Assembly: GCA_963721805.1 (NCBI GenBank)
Contig: CAVRJY010000001.1
Coordinates: forward strand, 672,001 to 736,000
DNA from: Nitrospirota bacterium
GTDB taxonomy: Bacteria > Nitrospirota > Thermodesulfovibrionia > Thermodesulfovibrionales > JdFR-86
Length of the DNA stretch: 64,000 bases
Direction: 5' to 3'
The translations under genes were made by a program, and so were the position numbers. Positions 49,469 to 59,434 of this stretch are shown here, piece by piece (within the stretch, counting starts at the first letter, position 1; every line of letters begins with the position of its first letter). The notes beneath the pieces are model-generated. The model made no database searches. It was not told where the DNA came from and was given only the letters and a program-made list of their open reading frames with translations.

Positions 49469-49479
49469 GAGGCGCAGGG

Positions 49480-50334
49480 ATGGTCAAGTTCACCGAGCAC
49501 GTGCCGTTTGTCGATATCGCTTACAGCTATGAGGTCGAGAAGGTCCTCTACAGGGGCAAGAGCAAGTTTCAGGACATCATGGTATTTACGAACCCGCAGT
49601 TCGGCAAGATGCTGATCCTCGACGGCGCGGTGCAGATCACCGAGCGCGACGAGTTTTTCTACCACGAGATGATTACCCACCCGCTGATGCACGCCCACCC
49701 GAACCCGAAGCGCGTCGTGGTCATAGGCGGCGGCGACGGCGGCACGGTGCGCGAGGTCCTAAAGCACAAATCGGTCGAGAAGGTCTACTTCGTCGAGATC
49801 GACCCTGAGGTCATACGCGTATCGAGGGAGTTCTTCCCGACCGTGGCAGGAAGCGTAGGCGATCCGCGCGTCGAGATCAAGAACATGGACGGGGCGGAAT
49901 TTATCAAGTCGCTCAACAACGAGATCGACGTCGTGATCGTGGACTCCACCGACCCGATCGGGTTTGCGCGCAGCCTGTTCAGCGAGCAGTTCCTCCGCAC
50001 CCTGCATCGTGCGCTCACGCCTGAGGGGATGTACGTCACGCAGTCCGAGAGCATGCTGATGCACGCCGATATCGTCAGGGAGATACAGGAGACGATAAAG
50101 AAGGTCTTTCCGTTGACGGACCTCTATTCCACCTGCATTGCGACCTATCCGGGCAACTGGTGGACGTTCTCGTGCGGATCGAAGTCTCACGACATGCGCA
50201 CCATGCGCAGACCGTTTGAGGTCGAGACGAAATACTATGACGATGAAATACACGCGCACTCGTTCATGCCGAAGAGGCTTTACGCACGGCTTATGGTCGG
50301 GTGGCATCCGCTGGTAGTTTTCAAAGCGCGCTAA
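49480..50334 (+). CDS. speE: Spermidine synthase (aminopropyltransferase)
   Basis: LDGAVQ..DEFFYHEM, IGGGDGG, VDSTDP; GGAGG SD; the C-terminal tail may be frameshifted. Confidence 0.93.
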   Translation: MVKFTEHVPFVDIAYSYEVEKVLYRGKSKFQDIMVFTNPQFGKMLILDGAVQITERDEFFYHEMITHPLMHAHPNPKRVVVIGGGDGGTVREVLKHKSVEKVYFVEIDPEVIRVSREFFPTVAGSVGDPRVEIKNMDGAEFIKSLNNEIDVVIVDSTDPIGFARSLFSEQFLRTLHRALTPEGMYVTQSESMLMHADIVREIQETIKKVFPLTDLYSTCIATYPGNWWTFSCGSKSHDMRTMRRPFEVETKYYDDEIHAHSFMPKRLYARLMVGWHPLVVFKAR

Positions 50335-50355
50335 ATACGCGTGATACGTCGTCAG
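50323..50355 (-). repeat. Long-hairpin repeat, partial copy 7 (outer end only)
   Basis: AAAGCGCGCTAAATACGCGTGATACGTCGTCAG matches the end of copy 5, AAAGACGCGCTAAATACGCGTGATACTGCGTCAG. Confidence 0.85.
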
Positions 50356-50429
50356 GGGGCAGCGCCCCCTCGCTCCTATTCGCGGCGCTAACGCACCACT
50401 CACTTAAAAGGGGCCATCCGGCCCCTTTC

Positions 50430-51163
50430 TTATTGTGGAGATTGTGCTGGTTTGTTAATTGGCTCAAAGCGAATTATTTTTGCTTCGGGGTAGAGCTTAC
50501 TTAAAGCCTCGTGAAGTTTGTCGCGGGTTGTTTCCAAAAAAACTACTGTATCGTCAATATGTTCGATTGCATCATCAGTCATTCTGGATAACTTTGTTGC
50601 CACTCTTTCACCAAGAGCGTTCACATATTGTTGTTTTGAGTATTTAACCCCCTGCGTCATTCCAGCATTCTCGATCAGCGGTTGAGCAATCTCTTCATGA
50701 AGTTTGGAGCGTTCATTGAGTATTTTCGCAGCAGTCTGATATTTACTTTCTGCTATTAATAATTGACCGAGATAGTCACGGTATTCAGTTTCCAGCAGAA
50801 AGCTCAGACTGCTAACATCAAACATCCATCGTTCATAATCCATAGGGGAAATGAAGGTTGCATACCAATGAATCTGAGATCATTCGACCTGATCGAATCA
50901 ATAAATTGTGTTTGGATTAGCCTGAGGCCATTCCACTGTTGCATAAGAATAAACATGGCACGATTACCAAAGGCTACTTCATCGGATTGTTTTCTTCTTA
51001 AACGTTCTTGCTCTTCGGAACGTTTCCGTAGTAAGTGTGCTCGCTCCTCGAGTACGAAGGCATACCAAGCACCGCCAAACGCGGCTCCAAATGCGGCTAG
51101 TGCTGTGATTATCGCGGATAAGATTGTCTCAGAAATCATGCTTTGCACAATGCAACACCTCAT
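50430..51163 (-). CDS. AT-rich membrane-anchored hypothetical protein split by a frameshift near 50845
   Basis: ORFs 50804..51163 (N-terminal TM segment) and 50430..50843 join if one base of the G4 run is removed (..MQPSFP-MDYERW..). Confidence 0.6.
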
Positions 51164-51390
51164 GCTGCCTTGGCGGGCTCGACCATGACCTTTCCGAAGG
51201 ACTGTATGACGAGTTCGTTAATGTCGGCCTTGTCCGAGACACCGAGTATCTCGATGCCCACGACGTTTCCGGCCCCGTCGTAGTCCGCGATGATATCCTC
51301 TGACAACTCGTCGGTATTGGAGATCTCGGTCTCCTTAAACCGCATGTAGATTGCGTCAGCCTCTTTTGAGTAGTGTATCCTCATGCTCAT
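51160..51390 (-). CDS. DUF2283 protein (putative antitoxin)
   Basis: YSKEADAIYMRF..IIADYD..GNVVGIEI; overlaps the partner gene. Confidence 0.85.
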   Translation of the reverse strand: MSMRIHYSKEADAIYMRFKETEISNTDELSEDIIADYDGAGNVVGIEILGVSDKADINELVIQSFGKVMVEPAKAA

Positions 51391-51626
51391 CGCCTCCCTA
51401 GGTACTTCTCGACCTTATCCGTGACATATACAGTTATCAGCCTGTCGCCATCAGCGACGACCCTTACGAGCTTCTGCCCGGCCTTCTTCTGGTAGACAAT
51501 CCTCTTGCCGCTAGGTACTGTGCTGTCCGGCATGGCGAGGACGGATTGGACCAGATCACGCGCGACCTTCCTCTCGTCCATCTGCAAGAGTATGTGGTCA
51601 GTCCATATCCATTGCCGCTCGGCCAT
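51387..51626 (-). CDS. DUF4258 protein (RelE-like putative toxin)
   Basis: WTDHILLQMDERKV..PD..LVRVV..LITVY; 79 aa, upstream of DUF2283. Confidence 0.8.
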   Translation of the reverse strand: MAERQWIWTDHILLQMDERKVARDLVQSVLAMPDSTVPSGKRIVYQKKAGQKLVRVVADGDRLITVYVTDKVEKYLGRR

Positions 51627-52029
51627 AAACCTGACTATTATCCTACATCAAAGCGGCCTGTTTGTGTAAGACCTCTTTAACTAACCATAGTTAATCAAAA
51701 ACGCACGGATTTTAATTTTTCCTATCAATTTCGGTTTATATATAAACCGTAGGTTATCGCTTTTTTTGTTTCGTTGTGCTTCAATATCGTATGAGTTTGA
51801 TATGGTCATATTTGATGGGCGGGGCAGGGGAGGCGGGAGAGAGTGCCACATGTTCGGATAAGGCCGCAAAAACCGCACTTTTTATCCGAACATCCGAACA
51901 GGGACGATCTCGAAAAAATGATGTTTTCCGGGGAGTTAGCGTTGCTCTTGCCTCAAACATCCGAACACATAAAATAAAACGTGCGCGCGCGGAATGCGTA
52001 ACTATACCTAAGCGCGGACATCAGAACAT

Positions 52030-52201
52030 GCCGTTGACCTTGTGGGGCGCGGGGGGCGACCTTCTTCCGTGCCCCCCGAAAGCGCGCCCAAATCGTCTTC
52101 AGACAAGGCAGGGCAAGAAGACCGCCCGATGGTGTACTGTGACGTACATAGAGGGCGAGTCTTTGAAGCCCAACGAAGTATCAAGCGATTTGGCGCGCTT
52201 T
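52030..52201 (+). repeat. Long-hairpin interspersed repeat, copy 4
   Basis: Closely matches copy 2 from GCCGTTGACC to GCGCTTT. Confidence 0.95.
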
Positions 52202-52233
52202 CACTACCTGCCAGTATGGTAAAATCCTAAGTT

Positions 52234-53196
52234 ATGAAATATAAGCCAGTCTCGCTGAAGAAGATTAAAACCTATCCCGTCTCTGCTCGTAAGAGCAAGG
52301 TGCGTGCCGACCTGTTAGCCCGTCCCCACGCCCCCGGCTCTACGTTCCCGGAGTTCTTGGCTACGCTGCCTGACGTGCTGGGCGCGCGTGACCTGAAGGC
52401 GGTGGCAGCCGCCATAGCCAAGGCCCGCGCAGATGGGCGGCCCGTCGTGCTGGGTATGGGCGCGCACCCGATCAAGGTCGGCCTCTCGCCGCTGATCATC
52501 AACCTGATGGAGCTTGGCGTGATAACCGCGCTCGCGACCAACGGGGCCGCGATAGTTCACGACTTCGAGCTCTCATACGCCGGGCATACCTCGGAGGACG
52601 TCGCGGAGGCGCTCGCGGACGGCAGCTTCGGGATGGCGCGCGAGACAGGGGCGCTCCTAAACGCTGCGATCAAGAAGGGCGTCAAGGACGGCCTCGGCAT
52701 CGGCCACGCAGTCGGACGCATGATCGACGAGGGCGGGAAAAAGTTCCCGCACAAGGACCTGAGCATATTCGGCGCGGCATGGAGGCTCGGGCTTCCGGCC
52801 ACGGTGCACGTCGCGGTCGGGACGGACATCATACACATGCACCCGGCCGCGGACGGCGCGGCGATAGGCGAGGGCAGCCACACGGATTTTAAGCTCTTCG
52901 CCGCGGTCGTAGGCGACCTCGAGGGCGGGGTGTACATCAACCTCGGCTCTGCTGTGCTGATGCCGGAGGTTTTTTTGAAGGCGCTCTCGGTTGCGCGCAA
53001 CCTCGGCCATCCGGTGAGGCGGCTTACGACCGTGAACATGGACTTCATCCAGCACTACCGCACGAGAGAGAACGTGCTGAGGCGGCCGACGATGCTCGGC
53101 GGCGCGTCATACGCCCTCACCGGCCACCACGAGATAATGTTCCCGCTGCTTGGGGCGGCGGTCATGGAGGATATAGCCCGTGATTCCAAAGGTTGA
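52234..53196 (+). CDS. Deoxyhypusine-synthase-like protein (no SWGK lysine motif)
   Basis: LGMGAHPIKVGL, ATNGA..HD, AVGTDI, GSAVLMPE, TGHHEIMFPLL. Confidence 0.7.
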   Translation: MKYKPVSLKKIKTYPVSARKSKVRADLLARPHAPGSTFPEFLATLPDVLGARDLKAVAAAIAKARADGRPVVLGMGAHPIKVGLSPLIINLMELGVITALATNGAAIVHDFELSYAGHTSEDVAEALADGSFGMARETGALLNAAIKKGVKDGLGIGHAVGRMIDEGGKKFPHKDLSIFGAAWRLGLPATVHVAVGTDIIHMHPAADGAAIGEGSHTDFKLFAAVVGDLEGGVYINLGSAVLMPEVFLKALSVARNLGHPVRRLTTVNMDFIQHYRTRENVLRRPTMLGGASYALTGHHEIMFPLLGAAVMEDIARDSKG

Positions 53197-53374
53197 CCAG
53201 GAGACCTGCATCGGCTGCGGCCGCTGCGAGGAGATATGCCCGGCCGTGTTTCACGTCGATGAAGAGCTCGGCAAGTCGCAGGTGATCGACCCGGAGGCCT
53301 GCGAGTACGCCGGCTGCTGCGAGGCCGCCGAGGAGAACTGCCCGGTCTCGGCCATCTCCCTCGTCGAGGAATAA
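53180..53374 (+). CDS. Single-cluster ferredoxin
   Basis: CIGCGRC..CP..CPVSAI; GGAGG SD before GTG. Confidence 0.9.
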   Translation: MIPKVDQETCIGCGRCEEICPAVFHVDEELGKSQVIDPEACEYAGCCEAAEENCPVSAISLVEE

Positions 53375-54111
53375 TGCTCGACTACACCGGCCACATGCGC
53401 CGCGCCCTTGGCGTGCTCGGCCGAAACTACCAGCTCGGGCTGCCGACCGCGATAGCGAGCTTCTGCGTCGCGTTCGCGACGATACCGCTGATGGCCGACA
53501 CCGAGAACCTGACCACTATAGCCTGGGTCTCGTTCATCGGATTAGGCGTGAGCTTCTTCGCGCAGGGCGTGACGATGGCCATGGCGCTTGAGGCGATCCG
53601 CACCGGGAGCACCTCGCTGCGCTCCGGAGGGCAGCACGCGATGCGGCTGCTCGGGCCGCTATTGGGCACGTCGATCTGGATGTCGGCGCTCGTCATCGCC
53701 GGGCTGATGCTGTTTATCGCCCCGGGGCTCATCATCTACTGCATGCTGTTCTTCGCGCTCCCGGCAGTCGCGGTCGAGGGCCTGGGCCCCCATGCCGCGT
53801 TTCGGCGGAGCATCGACATCGTGCGCGGCAACAAGCGCGACTCGCTCATGGTATTTATGTGGATCACCTCGCTGGGGCTGATACTGGGCGGGATCAGCAT
53901 CGTCATCGGCACCATCCCGGTTGCGGGCCAGCTGTTTGCGATCATAATGTCCGCGGCGTTTGCCGGGTTCATGTCCGTGGTGCTCGTCACGGCTTTTTTA
54001 GAACTGGCGACCGCTTCAGCCAAGGGGCCGGCCCCTCCGCCTGACGCCATAGCGTGCGCAGCAGCGTTCGCCCGGTGTGATAAACTGAAATCATGTCGAT
54101 TATCGTCCTGA
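53374..54111 (+). CDS. Hypothetical membrane protein (YciC-like; 3' end uncertain)
   Basis: 5-6 TM segments, APGLI, AFRRSIDIVRGN. Confidence 0.7.
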   Translation: MLDYTGHMRRALGVLGRNYQLGLPTAIASFCVAFATIPLMADTENLTTIAWVSFIGLGVSFFAQGVTMAMALEAIRTGSTSLRSGGQHAMRLLGPLLGTSIWMSALVIAGLMLFIAPGLIIYCMLFFALPAVAVEGLGPHAAFRRSIDIVRGNKRDSLMVFMWITSLGLILGGISIVIGTIPVAGQLFAIIMSAAFAGFMSVVLVTAFLELATASAKGPAPPPDAIACAAAFARCDKLKSCRLSS

Positions 54112-54863
54112 CCAACGACGACGGCTTGCACGCCAGCGGGCTCGTGGCCCTGATGGACGAGATGCGCAAGGCCCATGAGATATGCGTCTTCGCGCCCGAC
54201 CGCGAGCGCTCGGCATCGAGCCATTCCTTCACGCTCGACCGCCCGTTGAGGGTCAACCGCATCGAGGAGGGCGTATACAGCATCAGCGGCACCCCCACCG
54301 ACTGCGTAGCCGTAGGGATATCGAAGGTCCTGGGGCGCAGGCCCGCGCTATTGATCTCGGGCATCAACGCCGGGGCGAACCTCGGCGACGACGTGACATA
54401 CTCCGGCACGGTCTCGGCCGCAATGGAGGGCACGATCCTGAACATCCCGTCCATCGCGGTATCGCTCTATACCGAGCCCGGCGAGACCGTGATGCACTTC
54501 GATTCGGCCGCGCGGGTGGCCGCGATGGCGGCCGACTACGTGCTCGAATACTCGCTCCCCTATGACACGCTCCTTAACGTCAACGTCCCGAACCGCCCGT
54601 ACGCTGAGCTTTCGGGCGTGCGCTTCACGCGTCAGAGCAAGCGCATGTACGAGGACTCGATCAAGGAGACGGTCTCGCCGTGGGGCGAGACGTTTTTCTG
54701 GATAGGCGGAGGGCAGCCGGTCTGGGAGCGTGGCGGGGACACAGATATCGCGGCCGTGCGCGCGGGCTTCGTATCGGTGACGCCGCTACATCTGGACCTC
54801 ACGAACCACGGCGCGCTGGAATACCTGAGGCAGCGATGGAAGCCGACGATTACGCCCGGCTGA
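54093..54863 (+). CDS. surE: 5'/3'-nucleotidase SurE
   Basis: LTNDDG, GTPTDC, SGINAGANLG, YSGTVSAA, SVTPL. Confidence 0.97.
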   Translation: MSIIVLTNDDGLHASGLVALMDEMRKAHEICVFAPDRERSASSHSFTLDRPLRVNRIEEGVYSISGTPTDCVAVGISKVLGRRPALLISGINAGANLGDDVTYSGTVSAAMEGTILNIPSIAVSLYTEPGETVMHFDSAARVAAMAADYVLEYSLPYDTLLNVNVPNRPYAELSGVRFTRQSKRMYEDSIKETVSPWGETFFWIGGGQPVWERGGDTDIAAVRAGFVSVTPLHLDLTNHGALEYLRQRWKPTITPG

Positions 54864-55489
54864 GAGAGCGCATGGTCGACGAGCAGCTCGTCGCGCGCGG
54901 GATCGCGGACGAGCGCGTGCTCGCGGCGATGCGGCGGGTGCCGCGACATCTCTTCGTCCCCGAGGGGACCAGGCGCTTTGCATACGAGGACGGCGCGCTG
55001 CAGATCGGCGACGGGCAGACGATTTCGCAGCCCTACATGGTCGCGGTGATGACCGAGCTGCTCGCCGTCAAGGGCGGCGAGAAGGTGCTCGAGGTAGGCA
55101 CGGGATCGGGCTATCAGGCCGCGGTGCTCGCGGAGCTCGGGGCCGAGGTCTTCACTATAGAGCGCATCGCCGAGCTTTCGAGGAAGGCCGAGGCGCTGCT
55201 GAAGGGCGCGGGGTATGAGCACGTGCACTGCGTATTCGGAGACGGCACGCTCGGGATGCCGGAGCATCAGCCCTTCGACCGCATCATAGTCACGGCCGGG
55301 ACGCCTGATGTGCCGCGCCCGCTCAAGGAGCAGCTCGCGATGGGCGGGATACTGCTCGCCCCGGTCGGGGACATGTACAGCCAGCAGCTTATTAAGCTCA
55401 TCAAGTCCCCTGCGGGCTTCACGCAGGAGCATCACACGCCCTGCGCCTTCGTCCCCCTGATAGGCGAGTTCGGCTGGCGCAGCACCTGA
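54836..55489 (+). CDS. pcm: Protein-L-isoaspartate O-methyltransferase
   Basis: VPRHLF, QTISQP, VLEVGTGSGY, FVPL; follows surE. Confidence 0.96.
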   Translation: MEADDYARLRERMVDEQLVARGIADERVLAAMRRVPRHLFVPEGTRRFAYEDGALQIGDGQTISQPYMVAVMTELLAVKGGEKVLEVGTGSGYQAAVLAELGAEVFTIERIAELSRKAEALLKGAGYEHVHCVFGDGTLGMPEHQPFDRIIVTAGTPDVPRPLKEQLAMGGILLAPVGDMYSQQLIKLIKSPAGFTQEHHTPCAFVPLIGEFGWRST

Positions 55490-57363
55490 TCGAGCCTCCG
55501 AAGCTCCGCGGCCGGCGGCCCGCCGGGCCCGAAGCGCGTGAGTTCGTATAGCGCGATGAACTCCTCGGCGGCCGGCCTGTCGAAGCCGGCCCTGGTCGCC
55601 TCGGCGAGCACCTCGCGCGGGGTCGAGCTCTCGGTGATATTTCCGCCGCGCCTGCGCACCCTGTCTCGGAAGCTCACGTAGAGCCTGCTTTCCGGCCTGA
55701 GCCGCCTGCGCCTGAGCGCGCCCCGGACGAGCATCGCAAGCAGGCCGCAGAGCAGCGCTATGGCTATGACCCGCGCGGTCGCCGCCCATCCGGCGCGATA
55801 AGAGGCGGCCATGTGCGGGAGCGCCATGAGCGGGACCATCAGGTAGCGCAGGGCCGCGATCTGCTGGATCGGGCTGAAGTCCACGACGTAGCGGTACCAC
55901 GCCATCTTTATCGAGTCCAGCAGCAGTCCGCCCGGCGGGTGCTGAGCCACCACCGGGGTGGGATCGAACCTGACCCATACGCCGCCGACCGCGGCCTCGA
56001 CCCAGGAGTGCGCGTCGTTCTGCCGGACTATCAGATAGTTGCCGAGCGCGTTTGGCTGGCCGCCGCGGAAGCCCGAGACGACCCTCGTCGGCACCCCGAC
56101 GGCCCGGAGCATCACGGCCATCGCGGTGGCGAAGTGCTCGCAGTACCCGCGCTTCGACTCGAACAGGAATTCCTCAAGCGGGCTCAACCCGGCCCTCGGG
56201 CGGGGGGTGTTGAGGTCGTACCGGTAGTTGGCCTTGAGGTAGGTCTCGAGCGCGCGCGCCTTCGCTGCGGCATCGGGCGCGCCGCCGGCGACCCGCTTCG
56301 CGAGTTCGTATACGCGGTCCAGCCCCCGCGGCAGCTGCAGATATCGGCCGAGATTGGCCCCGGTCTGGAATGGCATGTCCGAGGACCTGACCGTATACGT
56401 GAGCCTGCGCCCGGCGCGCTCGGGCATACGCACGCACCCGGCCGGATCCACATACACCGTGCGTGCCGGTGCGGCGACTGACGATATCCTCCCGAGCCCG
56501 AATATCACGTCCGTGTCTATCGGCTCGGAGACGACCTTCTGGACGGTGGGATAGATGGACTCCTTCATGAGCAGGTGGAATACGCCTGAGGAGGGTATTA
56601 CGAGTTCGCCGCCCAGCAAGGTGTTGTGCCAGACCGCGCCGTCGAAGAAGTCGTGCGTGACACCCCGCCAGTATAGCGGCTGTTTGGTGCCGGATATCTC
56701 GACGCGCATCACGACCGTCTCGTCCGAGAGGACGTCTCCATAACTGCTGATGTCCACGTTGTCCGCAAACCCCACGGTCTTGACCGCCTTCTGCTTCTTC
56801 TGCCCGAAGAGCCCGTGCGGGACGCGCGGCAGCACGACGAACAGCACCGCGGTCATGCACATCACCGCTGCGGCAGTCACCGCGAGCACGCGCCAGAACC
56901 CCGACGTCCCGCGCCCCATCCTGATGAAGTGCGAGAGCACGAACGCCGCGACCATCAGCGCGGTGAACAGCACGAAGAGCGCCCCGACGAGGATAGACTG
57001 ATTAAGCTCGGAGGTAATCACGAGCTGCAGCAGCGACATGAAGAACACCTGCGGCGGGTCCCATTCGTTTTTGAGGTCGAAGCTCTTGACCGCCTGAAAC
57101 AGCAGCGTCAGGTGCCCGATAGCGACTAATGCGTCCCTGGAAATATAAAACACGTCCGGGACGAGTGCCGCGAGCACGACGAGCGAGAGCGCGTCGATCA
57201 GCCACCTGGGGGCCTGCCTGAGCCCCCGCAGGTGCCTGTAGTACCCGGCGAATACGGCCGAGGCAGGCAAGAGGAATACCGGGTTCATCTGGCCCGTGAG
57301 CACGAGGCTCAGGCCCCCGGTCAGGGCCATCAGCGCCGTCAGCGTCTTATATGGCAGAGGCAT
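55432..57363 (-). CDS. Transglutaminase-like membrane protein (TgpA/DUF3488)
   Basis: N-terminal TM segments, GYCEHFA, DAHSWVE, FDPTP catalytic triad. Confidence 0.9.
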   Translation of the reverse strand: MPLPYKTLTALMALTGGLSLVLTGQMNPVFLLPASAVFAGYYRHLRGLRQAPRWLIDALSLVVLAALVPDVFYISRDALVAIGHLTLLFQAVKSFDLKNEWDPPQVFFMSLLQLVITSELNQSILVGALFVLFTALMVAAFVLSHFIRMGRGTSGFWRVLAVTAAAVMCMTAVLFVVLPRVPHGLFGQKKQKAVKTVGFADNVDISSYGDVLSDETVVMRVEISGTKQPLYWRGVTHDFFDGAVWHNTLLGGELVIPSSGVFHLLMKESIYPTVQKVVSEPIDTDVIFGLGRISSVAAPARTVYVDPAGCVRMPERAGRRLTYTVRSSDMPFQTGANLGRYLQLPRGLDRVYELAKRVAGGAPDAAAKARALETYLKANYRYDLNTPRPRAGLSPLEEFLFESKRGYCEHFATAMAVMLRAVGVPTRVVSGFRGGQPNALGNYLIVRQNDAHSWVEAAVGGVWVRFDPTPVVAQHPPGGLLLDSIKMAWYRYVVDFSPIQQIAALRYLMVPLMALPHMAASYRAGWAATARVIAIALLCGLLAMLVRGALRRRRLRPESRLYVSFRDRVRRRGGNITESSTPREVLAEATRAGFDRPAAEEFIALYELTRFGPGGPPAAELRRLDQVLRQPNSPIRGTKAQGV

Positions 57364-58351
57364 CTATCAGCACCTCGCACGATGGCGCGAGCCCGCCGAG
57401 CGTCGAGTTGGCGCTCTTGAGCACGCCGATCCGCAGGCCGTGGATCGCCTCGGCGTCGAGCGTGCAGGCGCCGCCGCCGGATTCCCCGGCCACCGCGAGT
57501 TCGTCGAGCATGCGGTATAGGTTCTCCTCACCGCTTGCCGGGGGGATGAGCCCGCGGCACGTAGCCAGCCCCACGGGGCGGCCCTCGCGGCAGTGGCGTA
57601 CAGCGAGCGATGCCGCGACCGAGACCGCCTTCTCGAACGCCTCCGGCGCGACGGGAGCCGCATCGTCCAGGATTATGCAGATCGCCTCGTGCATGTCCTC
57701 GGCGAACTCCCTGAGCATCAGGCGTCCGGTGCGCGCGCTCACCTTCCAGCTTACGCGCCTGACGTCGTCCCCGAAGCGGAACTCGCGCAGGCCGAAGAGG
57801 TCGTCCCCTTCGCCTTGCATGATGTGCGCGCTCCCCTCGCTTCGGCCCTCGGCGAGCGCCGTCTCCGGCAGGTCGATCAGCCGGGGGTATACGGTCAGCG
57901 GCCCGGCGGCCCTTGCCTTCGACCGCCCGCTGAAGAAGATGAACGGGAAGAAGCTCCCTGCCCTTATGCCTCCGGCCCCGGGATATACGCCGCGCTTGGG
58001 GAATTTGAAGACTGCCGCTGAGGTCGCGCCTGCTCGCGGCCCGACCCGCATGATCGAGCCTCCGCCCTCGGCGTCGGCCCCAAGTTGCAGCGAGTATGCC
58101 GGGAGGATGCGCCTGGTGTTTCTTACGGTGACGTCGATGGTCGCGTCCTCGCCGGCGTATACCGGGCCTCGCGGCGAGGCCGAGATCTCAAGCCCGCGCA
58201 GGTTCAGGGGCAGCGCCACCGCCGCGACGAGCAGGAGCGAGAGTTCGATCCCCAGCAGGATGTAGATGAGGTTGTTGCCGGTGTTCAGGGCCGCAAGCGC
58301 GATCAGCACCGCGGTGAGTATGATCCGCCATCCCTCCTTGGTGGGACGCAA
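57347..58351 (-). CDS. DUF58 protein
   Basis: NTGNNL, REFRFGDDVRRVSWKVSAR. Confidence 0.9.
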   Translation of the reverse strand: MRPTKEGWRIILTAVLIALAALNTGNNLIYILLGIELSLLLVAAVALPLNLRGLEISASPRGPVYAGEDATIDVTVRNTRRILPAYSLQLGADAEGGGSIMRVGPRAGATSAAVFKFPKRGVYPGAGGIRAGSFFPFIFFSGRSKARAAGPLTVYPRLIDLPETALAEGRSEGSAHIMQGEGDDLFGLREFRFGDDVRRVSWKVSARTGRLMLREFAEDMHEAICIILDDAAPVAPEAFEKAVSVAASLAVRHCREGRPVGLATCRGLIPPASGEENLYRMLDELAVAGESGGGACTLDAEAIHGLRIGVLKSANSTLGGLAPSCEVLIDASAI

Positions 58352-58386
58352 TTTAGCGCCAACCTCTCATTAAGAGGTTGCCTTCT

Positions 58387-59325
58387 TTAGACCGGGACCG
58401 CTATGCGCCCGACGATATCGCGCACCACGTCCTCGGCCTCCGCGATATACGCCTGCCGCCTGAGGATGATGCGGTGGCCGAGCACATAGGGTGCGGTGTC
58501 CTTGATGTCCGAGGCGACCACGAACCCGCGCCCGGCGCAGTACGCGCGCGCCCGGGCCAGGGCGAGCAGGAAGCGCGCGCCTCTCGTGCTCGAGCCCAGC
58601 CGCACGCGCTCGTCCGTGCGCGTGGCCGCGACCGCCTCCATCAGGTAGTCAAGCAGGCTGTCCTCGATCCCGACCGAAGCGGCCTCGTCCTGCATGCGCA
58701 TGACGTCGGAGGCCGATATTACCGGCTCCATGGCCTCGATGTCCTCGAAGTCCTTGCCCTCCAGCAGCGCGAGCTTCTCGTCCGCGGCCGAGGGGTAGCC
58801 GAGCTTCATGTGCATCGCGAAGCGGTCGAGCTGGCTTTCGGGTAGCGGGAAGGTGCCCCGGTATTCGATAGGGTTTTGGGTGGCTATCACCATAAACGGC
58901 TCGGGCAGCATGTGCGTCGTCCTATCCAGCGTGACGCGCCGCTCGCTCATGGCCTCCAGGAGCGCGGACTGCGTCTTGGGGGTAGTGCGGTTGATCTCGT
59001 CGGCGAGCACGATGTTCGCGAAGACAGGGCCGGGGCGGAACTCGAAGTCCCGCGTATCGGGGTTCAGGATGCTTACGCCGAGTATGTCGGAGGGGAGCAT
59101 GTCGCTCGTAAACTGTATCCGCTGAAAGGTGCAGTTTACGGCCTTGGCCAGCGCGAAGGCGAGCGTGGTCTTGCCCACGCCGGGCACGTCCTCGATCAGC
59201 AGGTGCCCCCGGCCCAGCAGGGTCGCGACCGCGAGCCTCACGGCCTCGGGCTTGCCCCTGATTATCGAGTTGAGGCGCGCCTCGAGCGCGGCGAGCCCCG
59301 TGTATGAGACGGTTTCGGTTCCCAT
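58387..59325 (-). CDS. MoxR-family AAA+ ATPase
   Basis: EDVPGVGKT, RIQFTSDMLPSD, DEINR, ATQNP, LPESQLDRF. Confidence 0.96.
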   Translation of the reverse strand: MGTETVSYTGLAALEARLNSIIRGKPEAVRLAVATLLGRGHLLIEDVPGVGKTTLAFALAKAVNCTFQRIQFTSDMLPSDILGVSILNPDTRDFEFRPGPVFANIVLADEINRTTPKTQSALLEAMSERRVTLDRTTHMLPEPFMVIATQNPIEYRGTFPLPESQLDRFAMHMKLGYPSAADEKLALLEGKDFEDIEAMEPVISASDVMRMQDEAASVGIEDSLLDYLMEAVAATRTDERVRLGSSTRGARFLLALARARAYCAGRGFVVASDIKDTAPYVLGHRIILRRQAYIAEAEDVVRDIVGRIAVPV

Positions 59326-59434
59326 TATGAAAATATAGCATTAATCGCATAGGTTTTGAACCGGCGCGGGCTGCCGCCCCGCAGTGTTTATGTTATACTT
59401 TCCGCAGAAGATGCCTTATGTATAAGGGGGCTGC

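Noticed and set aside
48895..49479. Long N-terminal extension of speE (479-aa ORF)
   Set aside because: It overlaps the decarboxylase out of frame. The real start is ATG 49480, which has a GGAGG SD.
48060..52201. tRNA-Asn-anchored genomic island
   Set aside because: No integrase and no duplicated tRNA 3' end; the genes beside the tRNA have host-like composition.
55432..59325. moxR-DUF58-transglutaminase operon as a novel system
   Set aside because: This is a well-known, widespread arrangement.
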